A stretch of 64,000 bases of DNA from Naegleria gruberi (taxonomy: Eukaryota). Numbering within the stretch: position 1 is the stretch's first letter; every line of letters begins with the position of its first letter. Under the pieces are notes generated by a model, which saw only the letters and a list, made by a program, of their open reading frames with translations, searched no databases and was not told the DNA's origin. Of this stretch, positions 8,728 to 19,078 are shown one piece after another. The DNA is taken from NCBI GenBank assembly GCA_000004985.1, contig GG738864.1; one strand, given 5' to 3'. Made by a program: the position numbers and the translations under genes.

Positions 8728-11586
8728 TTAAATCTTCTTATTCATCATTGCTGAAAGGCAAGACCAAATTGAGAGAGGTCTACAATATCCAAGGGCTCTA
8801 TATTCTCCCGTTTCTGTTACTGCCTCAGGAGTTTGGAACCAGAATGCCGAATTGGAGGACCAACATTTATCAAAAACACTCTTCATCAAATCTATTCCTT
8901 CTTCTCGTCTGCCAAGCAAGATTGTTAAAGCAGCTACGACATACGATGTTCCTGTCCACATCTCTCTAGACTGCAAGCTTGTCTTATCAACCTCTTGTGT
9001 TGGTCTCATACCATTAACACATCCTCCAAGTTTTGTAATCTGTTGATATTTTACAAAGTTATTCTCCAGTATTTTGTTAAGTGATTTGGAAACCCTTTCC
9101 ATGTTGAATGGAATCAAGTAGTGTGAATCCTCACATCTTCCACTATTTTTCACATAATTTCCAATAAGCAATAACATGAATGTGCCGTGTAAATGGTCTG
9201 ACATGATAGAGTCATGTTGTGGCTCAGTACTTGCATCATAGTGATAGTATTGATTAGTTTCATCCCATAATTTACTCTCGAATGTTTTCAGGCCACTTTC
9301 TATCAATGGTTCTACCTTTTGTCTGGTATTTTCATCGTCCAGTTCTTTGGCCATTTCTAAAATAGCTTTCAAAGATGCAATCCATAACATCCCAGAGTAT
9401 GCAGAAACACCTGTTACTTTCCAGGCGTCGTATGTCGTATCTGGGAATGATTCATTTTCAATCAATCCATCACCATCCTTATCGAAATTGGTCAAGCTGT
9501 AGTTGAGAGCAAGAATTATAGAGGGGAATGCTTCTTCCAGAAATTCTCTATTCTTTGTAATCATAAAATCTCTGAAAATAGTTAAAATAAATTGACTATT
9601 AAGATCTTTCCATTTGTTGACATCTTGGAAGTTATAGGCATTAACTAGTTTCCATGGTCTTTCGTATGGAGTACCGACATCATGTGGAACACTTCCCTTG
9701 ACCTTTCTCCTATTTTTCATGTTTGATAGATAAAAGGTAACCTCTTGATTGTTTTCCTCTCTGACAGCTCTAATGATATCTCGTTGAATAGAAAGCTGTA
9801 TTTCTGGCCAATTCATAATCATGGCATGAGAGGCATAGAAATGTACATCATATGTGTTACACATTAAATATTCATGTCCTTCCAAATAGAAAAAGTAGTC
9901 CTTTGAGTCTTGACTATTACCATTTTCATCCAGTTCTCCACCATTGGTCCATAAGGTTCCTCCATCAACAATATAGTATAACTCATTGAATAGAGCCGCA
10001 ACAGCTGTTGGATGGTCCTTCCCGACTTGGTCAATTACACCTTGGTGCCATTGTGAGATTTCATCTTTCCATTGTTTAGATGAATCCAAACTTCTCTTGC
10101 ACATTTCAAAGCATGCAGTATCCTTGTGTTGTGTGATGGAAGAAATGGCATCAGTACAGAACTGGGTATAATGTCTAAGATATCTGAATTCCATTGTTGG
10201 ACCAAACCTAACAAATGGCGCATTCCAATTCAAATTGAAACAAACTTGTTTGGAACTATTCGAAGGAATTTGTACTTTGCTACAAATTGCGTGACAAGAC
10301 AAATGTTTTGATTGGCTCTTAGTCCAATCGTGCCTTTTAGCAAAATTTTCACAAAACTCTGTTGAAAATTCTCCATTATTGTTAAATTCTTGCCACAAAT
10401 CATGTAAATGGGATTCATTCGTTCCATTAAATTCATCCAAAAATGTTATTGATCCCAAAGATGTGTTGGCTCCAATACAAAACTGTATTGTATCCTTATG
10501 TGAAAACGAATCTGTTACTGTAGTTTCTATTGTCAAACACTTTACCGAGTCAGTTTCGTTTCTAGCTATTATTGATTGTTCATTCTTTTTTCTAAACTTT
10601 TCTTCACTTTGAATTGTAAATAATAATGAAACATTTGCTTCCTCGTCTGTGTTATTGATAATAGTCCATTCAAAATTACATGTTGGAAAACTTGATTCTT
10701 GATAATTGTGAGCCCACACAGGTGAATATCTTTCGCATATTACTGTGAATTTTTCATCGCTTGTCTGATAGACAGTCCACGACTTTGGAAATAGAGAATA
10801 CACCTGTTGTGAAAATTGCATCTTGTTTTTTCTTCTTCTTTCATCATTAATAAACATCCAATTATGTTTCAACTTTTTAATTAAATCCTTATCCATAGTT
10901 CCATCTTTAAATTCACATATTGGATTCAACACAAACGACTCAATCTCACCATTTCTTTCCACTCTCAAACTGAACTGATTGACTGGCAAGACTGTATCCG
11001 AATAAATTCCACCTGTCTGATTAAAAATCAAATGGCTCCTCGTAAACCATCCATTCATTCCCAAAGTAAACATTCCTGCTCCAATTCCACCAATTGGTGG
11101 TCCCTTTCTTCTTGGATCAACAACTGCTCTTCTCATAATAAAATCAAACGGTGTTTCCCTCTTCTTAATAAGCTTCTCTGGAACATAGGACATGGTCAGG
11201 AATCTCAAAGCACCCGGAAGGAAGTGAAACATTTCTCCAATTGAATAGGTTTGTGCTCGGAGAGGAATTGTTGTTTTCTGCAGGGACGGAAATAAATGTT
11301 GTGATTTATCCATAATTTCCAAATGCCAACAATAGGACTGCATCGGAAGAATGATGCTAGATAGAGTTTCGGATTGGTCGGATGCTGCTGAAGATATTAA
11401 ATTATTTCCTGTTATTTGTATTGTTGCTTGATTTTCATCTTGTTCTTCTTCCTCGTCAATAAAAACGAGTTGATCCTGTTGTTGATTCTGTGATAGAGAA
11501 GATTCAGTGTCAAACTCCTCACTCCTTGGTTGTGCAAGCATTTTTTTTTGTAATGCTTTTTGTCTGTTTTTGTAAGATTCGCACAA
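8728..11586 (-). CDS. Non-lysosomal glucosylceramidase (GBA2-like, glycoside hydrolase family 116), 952 aa, with an acidic low-complexity N-terminus.
   Basis: Single long ORF. The N-terminal domain motif PPIGGIGAGMFTLGMNGWF and the overall length and architecture are typical of GBA2/GH116. Confidence 0.75.
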   Translation of the reverse strand: MCESYKNRQKALQKKMLAQPRSEEFDTESSLSQNQQQDQLVFIDEEEEQDENQATIQITGNNLISSAASDQSETLSSIILPMQSYCWHLEIMDKSQHLFPSLQKTTIPLRAQTYSIGEMFHFLPGALRFLTMSYVPEKLIKKRETPFDFIMRRAVVDPRRKGPPIGGIGAGMFTLGMNGWFTRSHLIFNQTGGIYSDTVLPVNQFSLRVERNGEIESFVLNPICEFKDGTMDKDLIKKLKHNWMFINDERRRKNKMQFSQQVYSLFPKSWTVYQTSDEKFTVICERYSPVWAHNYQESSFPTCNFEWTIINNTDEEANVSLLFTIQSEEKFRKKNEQSIIARNETDSVKCLTIETTVTDSFSHKDTIQFCIGANTSLGSITFLDEFNGTNESHLHDLWQEFNNNGEFSTEFCENFAKRHDWTKSQSKHLSCHAICSKVQIPSNSSKQVCFNLNWNAPFVRFGPTMEFRYLRHYTQFCTDAISSITQHKDTACFEMCKRSLDSSKQWKDEISQWHQGVIDQVGKDHPTAVAALFNELYYIVDGGTLWTNGGELDENGNSQDSKDYFFYLEGHEYLMCNTYDVHFYASHAMIMNWPEIQLSIQRDIIRAVREENNQEVTFYLSNMKNRRKVKGSVPHDVGTPYERPWKLVNAYNFQDVNKWKDLNSQFILTIFRDFMITKNREFLEEAFPSIILALNYSLTNFDKDGDGLIENESFPDTTYDAWKVTGVSAYSGMLWIASLKAILEMAKELDDENTRQKVEPLIESGLKTFESKLWDETNQYYHYDASTEPQHDSIMSDHLHGTFMLLLIGNYVKNSGRCEDSHYLIPFNMERVSKSLNKILENNFVKYQQITKLGGCVNGMRPTQEVDKTSLQSREMWTGTSYVVAALTILLGRREEGIDLMKSVFDKCWSSNSAFWFQTPEAVTETGEYRALGYCRPLSIWSCLSAMMNKKI

Positions 11587-11768
11587 TTAAAGATTTTCGC
11601 TGGTGATGAGCACTTTATTGGACACAAAGCTTAGAGGATATAAAAGTTAAAATATATAAATGATAATCCTAAGTCATTTAAAATGGACCATTGTAAAGAC
11701 AAGAAACATTAAAACAATTGCTTTCACTGTACCTCTTTATTAAGGAAAATTAAGTAACCTTAAATGTA

Positions 11769-11841
11769 GCCCGTCTAGCTCAGTCGGTAGAGCGCAAGGC
11801 TCTTAACCTTGTGGTCGTGGGTTCGACCCCCACGGTGGGCG
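11769..11841 (+). tRNA. tRNA-Lys (anticodon CUU).
   Basis: GCCCGTCTAGCTCAGTCGGTAGAGCGCAAGGCTCTTAACCTTGTGGTCGTGGGTTCGACCCCCACGGTGGGCG folds as a cloverleaf with a 7-bp acceptor (two G-U pairs), the CTCTTAA anticodon loop and a GTTCGAC T-loop. Confidence 0.9.
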
Positions 11842-11989
11842 TTTCCTTTTAGTTAAGGTTAATAGTAGATCTATTAGCAGGTTGGTCAAGTTTTTCATTT
11901 CTTCTATTCTAAACATCAGGCCTAATTTTTTCAAGATGTTATTATATAAACAGACAATCCTATTATCACCTTCCAAGTTTTGATTCAAT

Positions 11990-12475
11990 CTAAGTGGTTG
12001 TTCATTACCGCCACATTATTATGATTGATGATTCGTGGTTTATTTTGAATAATTGTTCTTTAATTTCAAAACAATGGTTTAATGTGATCAAGGATCGTTC
12101 AAAACTTGTTATTCAATTTAAAAAAAATTAACAGAAAAAAGAGTTGAATTATTAATGAAAAGTCAATTCGTGCATAGTATTGTAAATGTTAAGTTTTCTT
12201 TTGGGTTGCTTAACTCTTCAGATAAACTTAAATTCATAAGTGAAATGAAACAATTAACATCACTTGATATTTCTGACAATGAAATTGGTGTAGAAGGAGC
12301 CAAACTCATAAGTGGAATGAAATCATTAATATCACTTAGTATTGGTGATAATCAAATTGGTGTAGAAGGATCCAAATACATAAGTGAAATGAAACAATTA
12401 ACATCACTTAATATATATTACAATGAAATTGGTGTGGAAGGAGCCAAACTCATAAGTGAAATGAAACATTAAGAA
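11990..12475 (+). pseudogene. Fragment or pseudogene of an F-box/LRR gene, paralogous to the gene at 58760-60028. It has the F-box remnant DDSWFILNNCSLISKQWFNVIKDRSKLVIQFKK followed by a stop, then three or four LRR units (ORF 12155-12472).
   Basis: Near-identical peptide strings to the N-terminus and repeats of the 422-aa F-box/LRR protein (SWFILNNCSLISKQFFNVIKERSKLVIQFK; MKSQF..SIVN.KF; LTSLDIS.NEIG.EGAK.ISEMKQL). An in-frame stop separates the F-box from the LRRs, and the array is truncated. Confidence 0.5.
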
Positions 12476-12703
12476 ATGTTGTTGTAATATCATCTGTCAT
12501 TTAACACCAAGAAAAACAGCCATTACTGCATCGAAACCAAATGAAGTTTTACGATTTTGATTCCATTTACTTGGGAATTCAAAGGCTTTCCTCAGAATAA
12601 AGCAAGATAATTTGGACACGTTTTTTTCAGATTGAACACGTTTTCAGAATTTAGTCGTTTATTCTCAAACAAACTGAATGTAGGACTAAATTAGATCAAA
12701 AAA

Positions 12704-13501
12704 ATGGCTAAACTGATAAAAGTGTTGCTACTCTCTCTTTCTATGATATTATTATTCGGATATATTGAAAGCTTTACAATAAAGAAATATCAACTAGCAG
12801 AAGCGCTTCATTTGGCCATTAAGGAAGGACAATTGAAAGAAATTGATAGATTACTCAAACAAGGAGCCGATCCATATTATAGAATTCAATATTTGGTATG
12901 TTGATATGTGAATATCATCATAGATTTCTTACTGTTTTATTAGATTTCAAGTTGGGATGCGTTTGAAATTGCCATGTTTTATCAGTCGATAGACTTTTTC
13001 AAACTATATACTGCTCACAGAGAACAACTTGTTACACGATCGTTATCTGAACAGAAAACTTATTATTTGTATCAGTTTGTTGTCTTTGTGGGAATTCTTG
13101 GCTTGAGTTGTTGTGGATTGATTTTATGGAAGAAAACTCTGACGGAAAATGAAGAAGGAGAATACATTCTGAATAAAACATTGGTGGAATTGGAATCGAG
13201 CAAAAAGAGATTGAAAGATTTGGAGCTCCAAATTGCTGTGTTAAGAGAAAATATTGGAAATGTTTCTGATACAGAAGAGACGGAAATTAAATTGACAGCA
13301 GTAGAAGAGTTGCAAGCCAAATTAGAAGATGAAACAGAGCAAAAGAGATGTATCATTTGTTTAGAGAATATGAAGAATGCTGCATTTAGTTGTGGACATG
13401 TTTTCTGTTCAGATTGTTGTGAGGAAATTCTTTCAGTTTCTTCAAAATGTCCTGTTTGTAAAAAAGAAGATCCAACAATTCTCAATCTCTATGGATTATA
13501 A
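12704..13501 (+). CDS. Membrane-anchored ankyrin / coiled-coil / C3HC4 RING-finger protein (putative E3 ubiquitin ligase). Two exons joined by a 48-nt intron at 12896-12943 (GTATGT...TTTATTAG).
   Basis: Exon 1 carries a signal/TM segment and the ankyrin-like LHLAIKEGQLKEIDRLLKQGADP. Exon 2 continues in phase with ISSWDAFEIAM, a TM helix, a coiled coil and the RING motif CIICLENMKNAAFSCGHVFCSDCCEEI...CPVCKK. Confidence 0.6.
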
Positions 13502-13921
13502 TTTGGTTCTGTGCCTCAATATTTTTCCAAACTGGGCGAAATGCGAATTCACTGTTTTCAAATTGTAACCAAGATGAAAACCTTCATGTACCTCTTGTGG
13601 ATTCCTTATTAAAAATGTCCAAAACATTAATATTGTTTATGTTGATGATGTTGCTTCACTGTTGCTTCATGTGAAGAAAGAGCAGCCAGATCTCCATTCT
13701 GCCATTAATAATGATTGAAACAAGATCAATCAATTAATTAAAAGAGGATTGAACAAAACTTGAGAGCAAAAAAACAAGAAAAGAAAGAAACTGAGTGAGT
13801 TGGGAGAGCAGAAGGAAATTGAATCCTCTAAAATGCCAATGAAACCTGAGCTAGAAAATGTAACCCATACGCTGTTAGATCTGAAGGAGAAATTAGAAGA
13901 AGAATCCAATATATTCTTGTA

Positions 13922-14848
13922 TTATTTACAGTGACATTTCAAATCATTTGAAAAAGAATATTCCACATGAGATACAATATGATTACACTCTCTTTGACAT
14001 TGACTCTGATTTGAATTCACTCTCATTCCATTATGAGTATCAGAGCGATTATTACATTTACAATACTTTGTATTAGAGCATGTTAATGATCTCTCTCCCA
14101 AAACTACAAGATAAGGTACAAGTTGCCCACCAATATCCTTTCCACATTGTTCATCACACTCATGTTCACTCATCTTCCTGATAGACTTTTCCAAAAACTT
14201 GCAATTATCCTCCATTGACCTAATATCCAATTTTAGCTTGATAAAATCATTACCAAAAGCAATATTCTTTGAACAGACACATCCACTTTGGCATCCATGT
14301 TGATTCCTCTCAATTTCCACAATAAATTTGTTATGACAAATCTCATGACAAGGATAAATTGGTTGATTCTCTGGTGTCATTTCATTCTTTCCACAATAGC
14401 ATTCACACTTTCCAACCGAATCAATTGAATCTTGCATCCTTCTACCACCATAGAGACATTCTTTCGAACAATCATTATCAATTTGCTTCATCTCTTCCGA
14501 TTCGAAAATTAAATTTCTGCTGTGATGCTGATCCTGTTGTTGTTGTATCTCTATAATTTCATTCAAACTCTTTGGTTCATGTGTTGTACGTGAGGCTTGT
14601 TCCTGATCAGGTGAAACAGCTTGAGGACACAATGGACATACACATTCCTTACCAATAACCATCGGTTTGCCACATTGACAATGAGAGAAGAGATGAGAAC
14701 AGTCAATAAATAGGCCTTCTTCTTCTTCCTCACTACAATATGTTGCTGAAACCAACATCATGATCATGATTACCAGCAAACATCCCAATAATGATAATAA
14801 TCGGAGATTCCTTCTTGTTGATATTTGCATTTTTATCTGTGATGACAT
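13922..14848 (-). CDS. Cysteine-rich secreted or type-I membrane protein (308 aa), function unknown.
   Basis: Long ORF with an N-terminal hydrophobic segment and about 40 Cys in CxC/CxxC arrangements. I recognise no specific family. Confidence 0.4.
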   Translation of the reverse strand: MSSQIKMQISTRRNLRLLSLLGCLLVIMIMMLVSATYCSEEEEEGLFIDCSHLFSHCQCGKPMVIGKECVCPLCPQAVSPDQEQASRTTHEPKSLNEIIEIQQQQDQHHSRNLIFESEEMKQIDNDCSKECLYGGRRMQDSIDSVGKCECYCGKNEMTPENQPIYPCHEICHNKFIVEIERNQHGCQSGCVCSKNIAFGNDFIKLKLDIRSMEDNCKFLEKSIRKMSEHECDEQCGKDIGGQLVPYLVVLGERSLTCSNTKYCKCNNRSDTHNGMRVNSNQSQCQRECNHIVSHVEYSFSNDLKCHCK

Positions 14849-15334
14849 TTGTCAAACATTGCTGATTGTTTGGAATTACTGTATGTGATGGTTAAATCAT
14901 TGTGTTTGATGATGGTAATGTGTAATGTGTGGATGCCTCTTGTTGGTACTATGTTTTCCTTTGCATTCAATAATATTTGTGCGTATCTTGTGTGAATCGT
15001 AGTTGGAAGTGACGAGATTCATATTGCCATTGAAGAGGTGGTGAGGTTGTTTGTTACCTCTATCAATTTGAACGCACTTGTGATGGTTTTTGGTTGGTTG
15101 TTGATCATCGATATTAGACAATAGGCTCTATTATGTGTTCTCTCTTAATGGATTGGCCATGGCTCTAGTTTACAAAAATTCAATGTGGCTCGAAAAAACC
15201 GTTGCTCGTTAAAAAATTTTAAAAGTTAAAGTTTTGGAGCGTAACGGTTTGCTTTAAACTTTTTCAAAAACGTTACGAGTTGGTATTCAAAAAGTAAAAA
15301 AGACACCGTCCTACTACTCACCAACCACTCCAAA

Positions 15335-16024
15335 ATGTCTGCCGATTTGAAGAAGCCTTGCTCATCATACATTCTCTACTGTAATGGTATGTAATAAGAG
15401 TGAATATATAACATTTAAGGTTTTCTTACTCTCTGTAAAAATAATATCATGACCTTCTTCAACTTTCCATTGATGATGAATTTTAATAATAATAATAATA
15501 ATACTAATTGATGATCAACAATAATTACAGACAATAGAACTGCCGTAAAGACTCGTCTCGGTGATGATGTCTCCCAAAAGGAAGTCCAAAAGGAATTAGC
15601 CAAGATGTGGAAGGAAGTCTCTGACGAAACCAAGGAAAAGTACAAGAAGATCTACCAACAAAACAAGGCTGAATATGATAAGAAGATTGAAGCTATCAAG
15701 GCCGCTGAAAGTGATGACTCTGATGATACCAACAAGAGACAACTCAGAAAGAGAAAGGCTAAGAAGGAAGAATCCTCTGATGATGAATCAAGCAAGAAGA
15801 AGAAGAAATCTACTGAAAAGAAGGAAACTGCTCCAAGAAAGCCAAACGGTTATCAAGTCTACATGAAGGAAAACAAGGAAAAGCTCAAGACTGATACTTT
15901 GACTGGTAAGAAACTCACAGAAAAGGTTCAAAAGATGTGGAAGGAATTAGATGATGATGAAAAGAAGAAGTGGACTGAAAAGGCTAAGAATGCCAAGCCA
16001 GCTTCTGAAGATTCTGACGAGTAA
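15335..16024 (+). CDS. HMG-box chromatin protein (two HMG boxes, acidic/basic tail). Exon 1 is 15335-15386 and exon 2 is 15539-16024; the intron at 15387-15538 has a TACTAAT branch 25 nt before the AG.
   Basis: HMG-box signatures PCSSYILYCNDNR and KKLTEKVQKMWKELDDDEKKKW. The intron is GTATGT...TTACAG and the splice keeps the frame. Confidence 0.75.
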
Positions 16025-16698
16025 ATTTACCACAGACAACACTCTCACAATTCTCCCATCACACAACAAATCTAAAACTTCACCAACAACCAACACACCA
16101 AATTGTTAATAACTTGTGTACAGTACACTTCTAGGCCCCATCACTACAATTGATGATCACCTCTAGTTTCCAAACAAATAAAACAAAAAACAATTATTTA
16201 AATATTAATTTAATTATCATTCTCTTGTTGATTCTAAATTCCATGAGTTACTAATGAAGAACAAGTAACACTTTGAATATCAGAAGTAGTACTTATTTCA
16301 TCCTAGCTAGTCAAATATTGAATATTCATTATATTCTAATGAAGAATTTGGCAAGTTGTTTTCAATTGCAAAGGAAGATGTTGCACCATGCAATATTTGG
16401 TGTTTTTCATCAACAATTTTAGGTCATGGTTTCAATTTGGAACTACCAAGCCGGTCAATGTCAGATGTCCTGAACAAAAAAAAACATCATCTCTGTAATT
16501 TCCTTCAGTCATCATCACCCTCCTTCAGTGGTCAATCATCACATTATTCTGCAGTCACTCCTATTGATACAACAATATTCAATATTAAAAAAACATCTCC
16601 ACAGCATCCTCGTTTGTCATTTCCTCAAACTAAACCAAACTATTCAATACAACTCCCAACACTTTGTCAATAAGAATAAAAATTTCTAGAATTTGGAA

Positions 16699-18282
16699 AT
16701 GGGTAACCAAGCAACTTCTGCCACTACAGGTTTCGACTTATCAACCTCAAACAGACGTTCAAGGAACTTTTCTGCAGAACAAAATTTGAAAAATGTACAA
16801 AATGAACAAATTCAATCAACTCTCATTAATTGTTTTGCATTAGGTGATGATATGATTTATTACTTGTGGAAGTTTTATGATTTGGATCATAATAATGAAT
16901 TGGATTTGACAGAAATGAGAACTTTTCTAACAGAATTGATTCATACACTTCATGATGTTTGTCTGAGGAGTGAGCTACTTGCATACGAAACTGGTAAAAA
17001 GAGAGACTTGAGTCAATCAGGACAGTCCACTCAGGCAACAACAACTACATCGACAGCAGCTAGTACTGGAGGAGCTACTTCAACTTCAACAACAAATAGT
17101 TCAACAATAACCAACGAAACAGATTCGAAACAGCTCGATAAGAAGAAATCTTCTCGTTTTGCAATTTTTAAAAAGAAGAATAGAATGTCAACAGATTTCA
17201 ACGAAAAGAAAGCATCAACACCTCTCTGGAGAAGATCTAGAAATCTCTCCGATGAAGATAGTATGAAACGAAGATCAGTAGCTGTCATTCCAGGTGCTGG
17301 GATAGGCAACCATCACAACTTTGAACAAATGATTACTGGAAATACAGAACAAGACGATATTAAAAGGAGGTGGAAAGCAATTAGAGAACATATGGAAGGT
17401 AATATTGGTGATATTATTAAGAAGGTTGATAAGGATCAAAATGGAACTATCAACTATCAGGAATTTCTTGAATTTATGAAAACATATGATATCAAGGATA
17501 TGCTCAATAATATTGAACCATCAATGGTTTCTCCAAATTTACTCGATGGAAAACTAATGGGACTATTCAGTGAAGGACTCGCTGATGATAATGTTTCGGA
17601 TGTTTCCTCTCCTAGATCCATAACTACGGAAAATCCAACTTCTCCTCAAACGAAGGAAGGAAGAAGAAAATCAGCAATTTTCCAAGTACTTTCTCATACT
17701 CCGAGCGAATCATCTCTTCCATCTCTTGACTTACCTTCCAATAAGAAACCATTGAATAAGGGTGATTTATTGAATACTGTAATTTTTTCTAATGGACAGG
17801 AGACTCTGGATTTCCTAGCTCAATACAAGGAATCTATTGATAGAGTGGAATTGAATGCAGCATTGAGAAGAGCAATTGTAGATAATAACCCATCTAAAAC
17901 TAGGGCAATTCTCAAATATGGAGCTGCCGTTTGTCAATCATTCAAGGATGAAAATCAAGAAGAAAATTCAGAAGGATTTGATATGCTTACCACTTCACTC
18001 TTGAAAGCACTTGCATCATATTCACCATGTATGGACGGAGGAGAAATTGAAAAGTTACAATTAATTATTCGATTACTAGTTTCTAAAGGATGGTTTGGAA
18101 ATCATAATACAGATGAAAATTCAAGTCAATTCAAACAATTGTCCCCTGACATTATCTATGAATCTATGGTTTCGCATAATGATTCAATGTCCATGTATGA
18201 AGACGAGTTAAGGGATGCTCTGGGCGAGACTAAATCTTTTGAAGAGATTGAATCAGAATATTCTAGTCAACTCGAGGACTAA
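16699..18282 (+). CDS. EF-hand calcium-binding protein, probably N-myristoylated (MGNQATS), about 527 aa with S/T-rich linkers.
   Basis: EF-hand loops DLDHNNELDLTE and DKDQNGTINYQE, and an N-terminal MGxxxT motif. The family is not identified. Confidence 0.5.
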   Translation: MGNQATSATTGFDLSTSNRRSRNFSAEQNLKNVQNEQIQSTLINCFALGDDMIYYLWKFYDLDHNNELDLTEMRTFLTELIHTLHDVCLRSELLAYETGKKRDLSQSGQSTQATTTTSTAASTGGATSTSTTNSSTITNETDSKQLDKKKSSRFAIFKKKNRMSTDFNEKKASTPLWRRSRNLSDEDSMKRRSVAVIPGAGIGNHHNFEQMITGNTEQDDIKRRWKAIREHMEGNIGDIIKKVDKDQNGTINYQEFLEFMKTYDIKDMLNNIEPSMVSPNLLDGKLMGLFSEGLADDNVSDVSSPRSITTENPTSPQTKEGRRKSAIFQVLSHTPSESSLPSLDLPSNKKPLNKGDLLNTVIFSNGQETLDFLAQYKESIDRVELNAALRRAIVDNNPSKTRAILKYGAAVCQSFKDENQEENSEGFDMLTTSLLKALASYSPCMDGGEIEKLQLIIRLLVSKGWFGNHNTDENSSQFKQLSPDIIYESMVSHNDSMSMYEDELRDALGETKSFEEIESEYSSQLED

Positions 18283-18437
18283 CAATGTACAAAAATTAAC
18301 AAATATTTCAAACAAACTTTATTTCATTATTAAAAATCTTTCATTACAAAATTCAATTTTACTAGTATTGTCAAATTCGATATTTAAGAGCACGAATTTC
18401 TTGTTAGATTGATATTTCATATTTTAATACAACTGAT

Positions 18438-18555
18438 GGCTACGGCCATATCACGATGAATGCACCTCATCCCGTCCGATTTGAGAAGTTAAGCATCGTC
18501 GAGCCACATCAGTACTGAGGTTGGAGACAACTTGGGAACCTGTGGTGCTGTAGTC
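18438..18555 (+). rRNA. 5S ribosomal RNA gene, copy 2 (118 nt), followed by a TTTTT terminator.
   Basis: GGCTACGGCCATATCACGATGAATGCACC...GGTGCTGTAGTC. Differs at 3 positions from copy 1. Confidence 0.85.
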
Positions 18556-18853
18556 TTTTTATCTGTTAGAGCATGATTCTTCTGGAATATGAAGAACAAT
18601 ATTAAAACATTGACTTGATATTTATCCTTATTATCTCTTCCTTTGTGAAAAATCATTTCTTGACTTACTGTCTAAAGATTTTGTTAATCGTAAACTATTT
18701 CAATGTTTGAAGACTCAAATTCGAAATTTTATCGTTTATTGATCAACCACAAGTTTCTCTTTCTAAATAGATTAAAATAAAAGGTGATAAATAGATGGTC
18801 AGGTAGCAAGCGTTTCTAAATAATAATTACTGAACCAACAATCAATAGATTAG

Positions 18854-18943
18854 TTGCCTTCACTGTTCATACAGTCAAAGACTGTAGCGGGACTGTCGCT
18901 ATATTCCTGGCAGGCTTCCCGTCCAAAATTAATAATTGAAATG
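18854..18943. other. 5S-linked conserved element, copy 2 (reverse-complement orientation relative to copy 1).
   Basis: TTGCCTTCACTGTTCATACAGTCAAAGACTGTAGCGGGACTGTCGCTATATTCCTGGCAGGCTTCCCGTCCAAAATTAATAATTGAAA is the reverse complement of 4649-4734 with about 8 substitutions. Confidence 0.6.
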
Positions 18944-19078
18944 GTAATGTGACAATAACAACCACCAAGATAACACACTTTCTGGTTAATCATGGATTGT
19001 CTGTTTATGCTTATTTCTTAAAATAAGTGAAACAAGTAAATATATCAATAATATGAACATTTATCTTTCCATTAACCT

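Noticed and set aside
11803-11988. 61-aa ORF on the minus strand overlapping tRNA-Lys
   Set aside because: It reads through the tRNA gene antisense (translation includes RPPWGSNPRPQG from the T-arm). No coding signal; spurious.
16356-16673. 105-aa ORF immediately upstream of the EF-hand gene
   Set aside because: Low-complexity and proline/serine-rich with no homology signal. More likely 5' UTR or promoter of the EF-hand gene than a separate gene.
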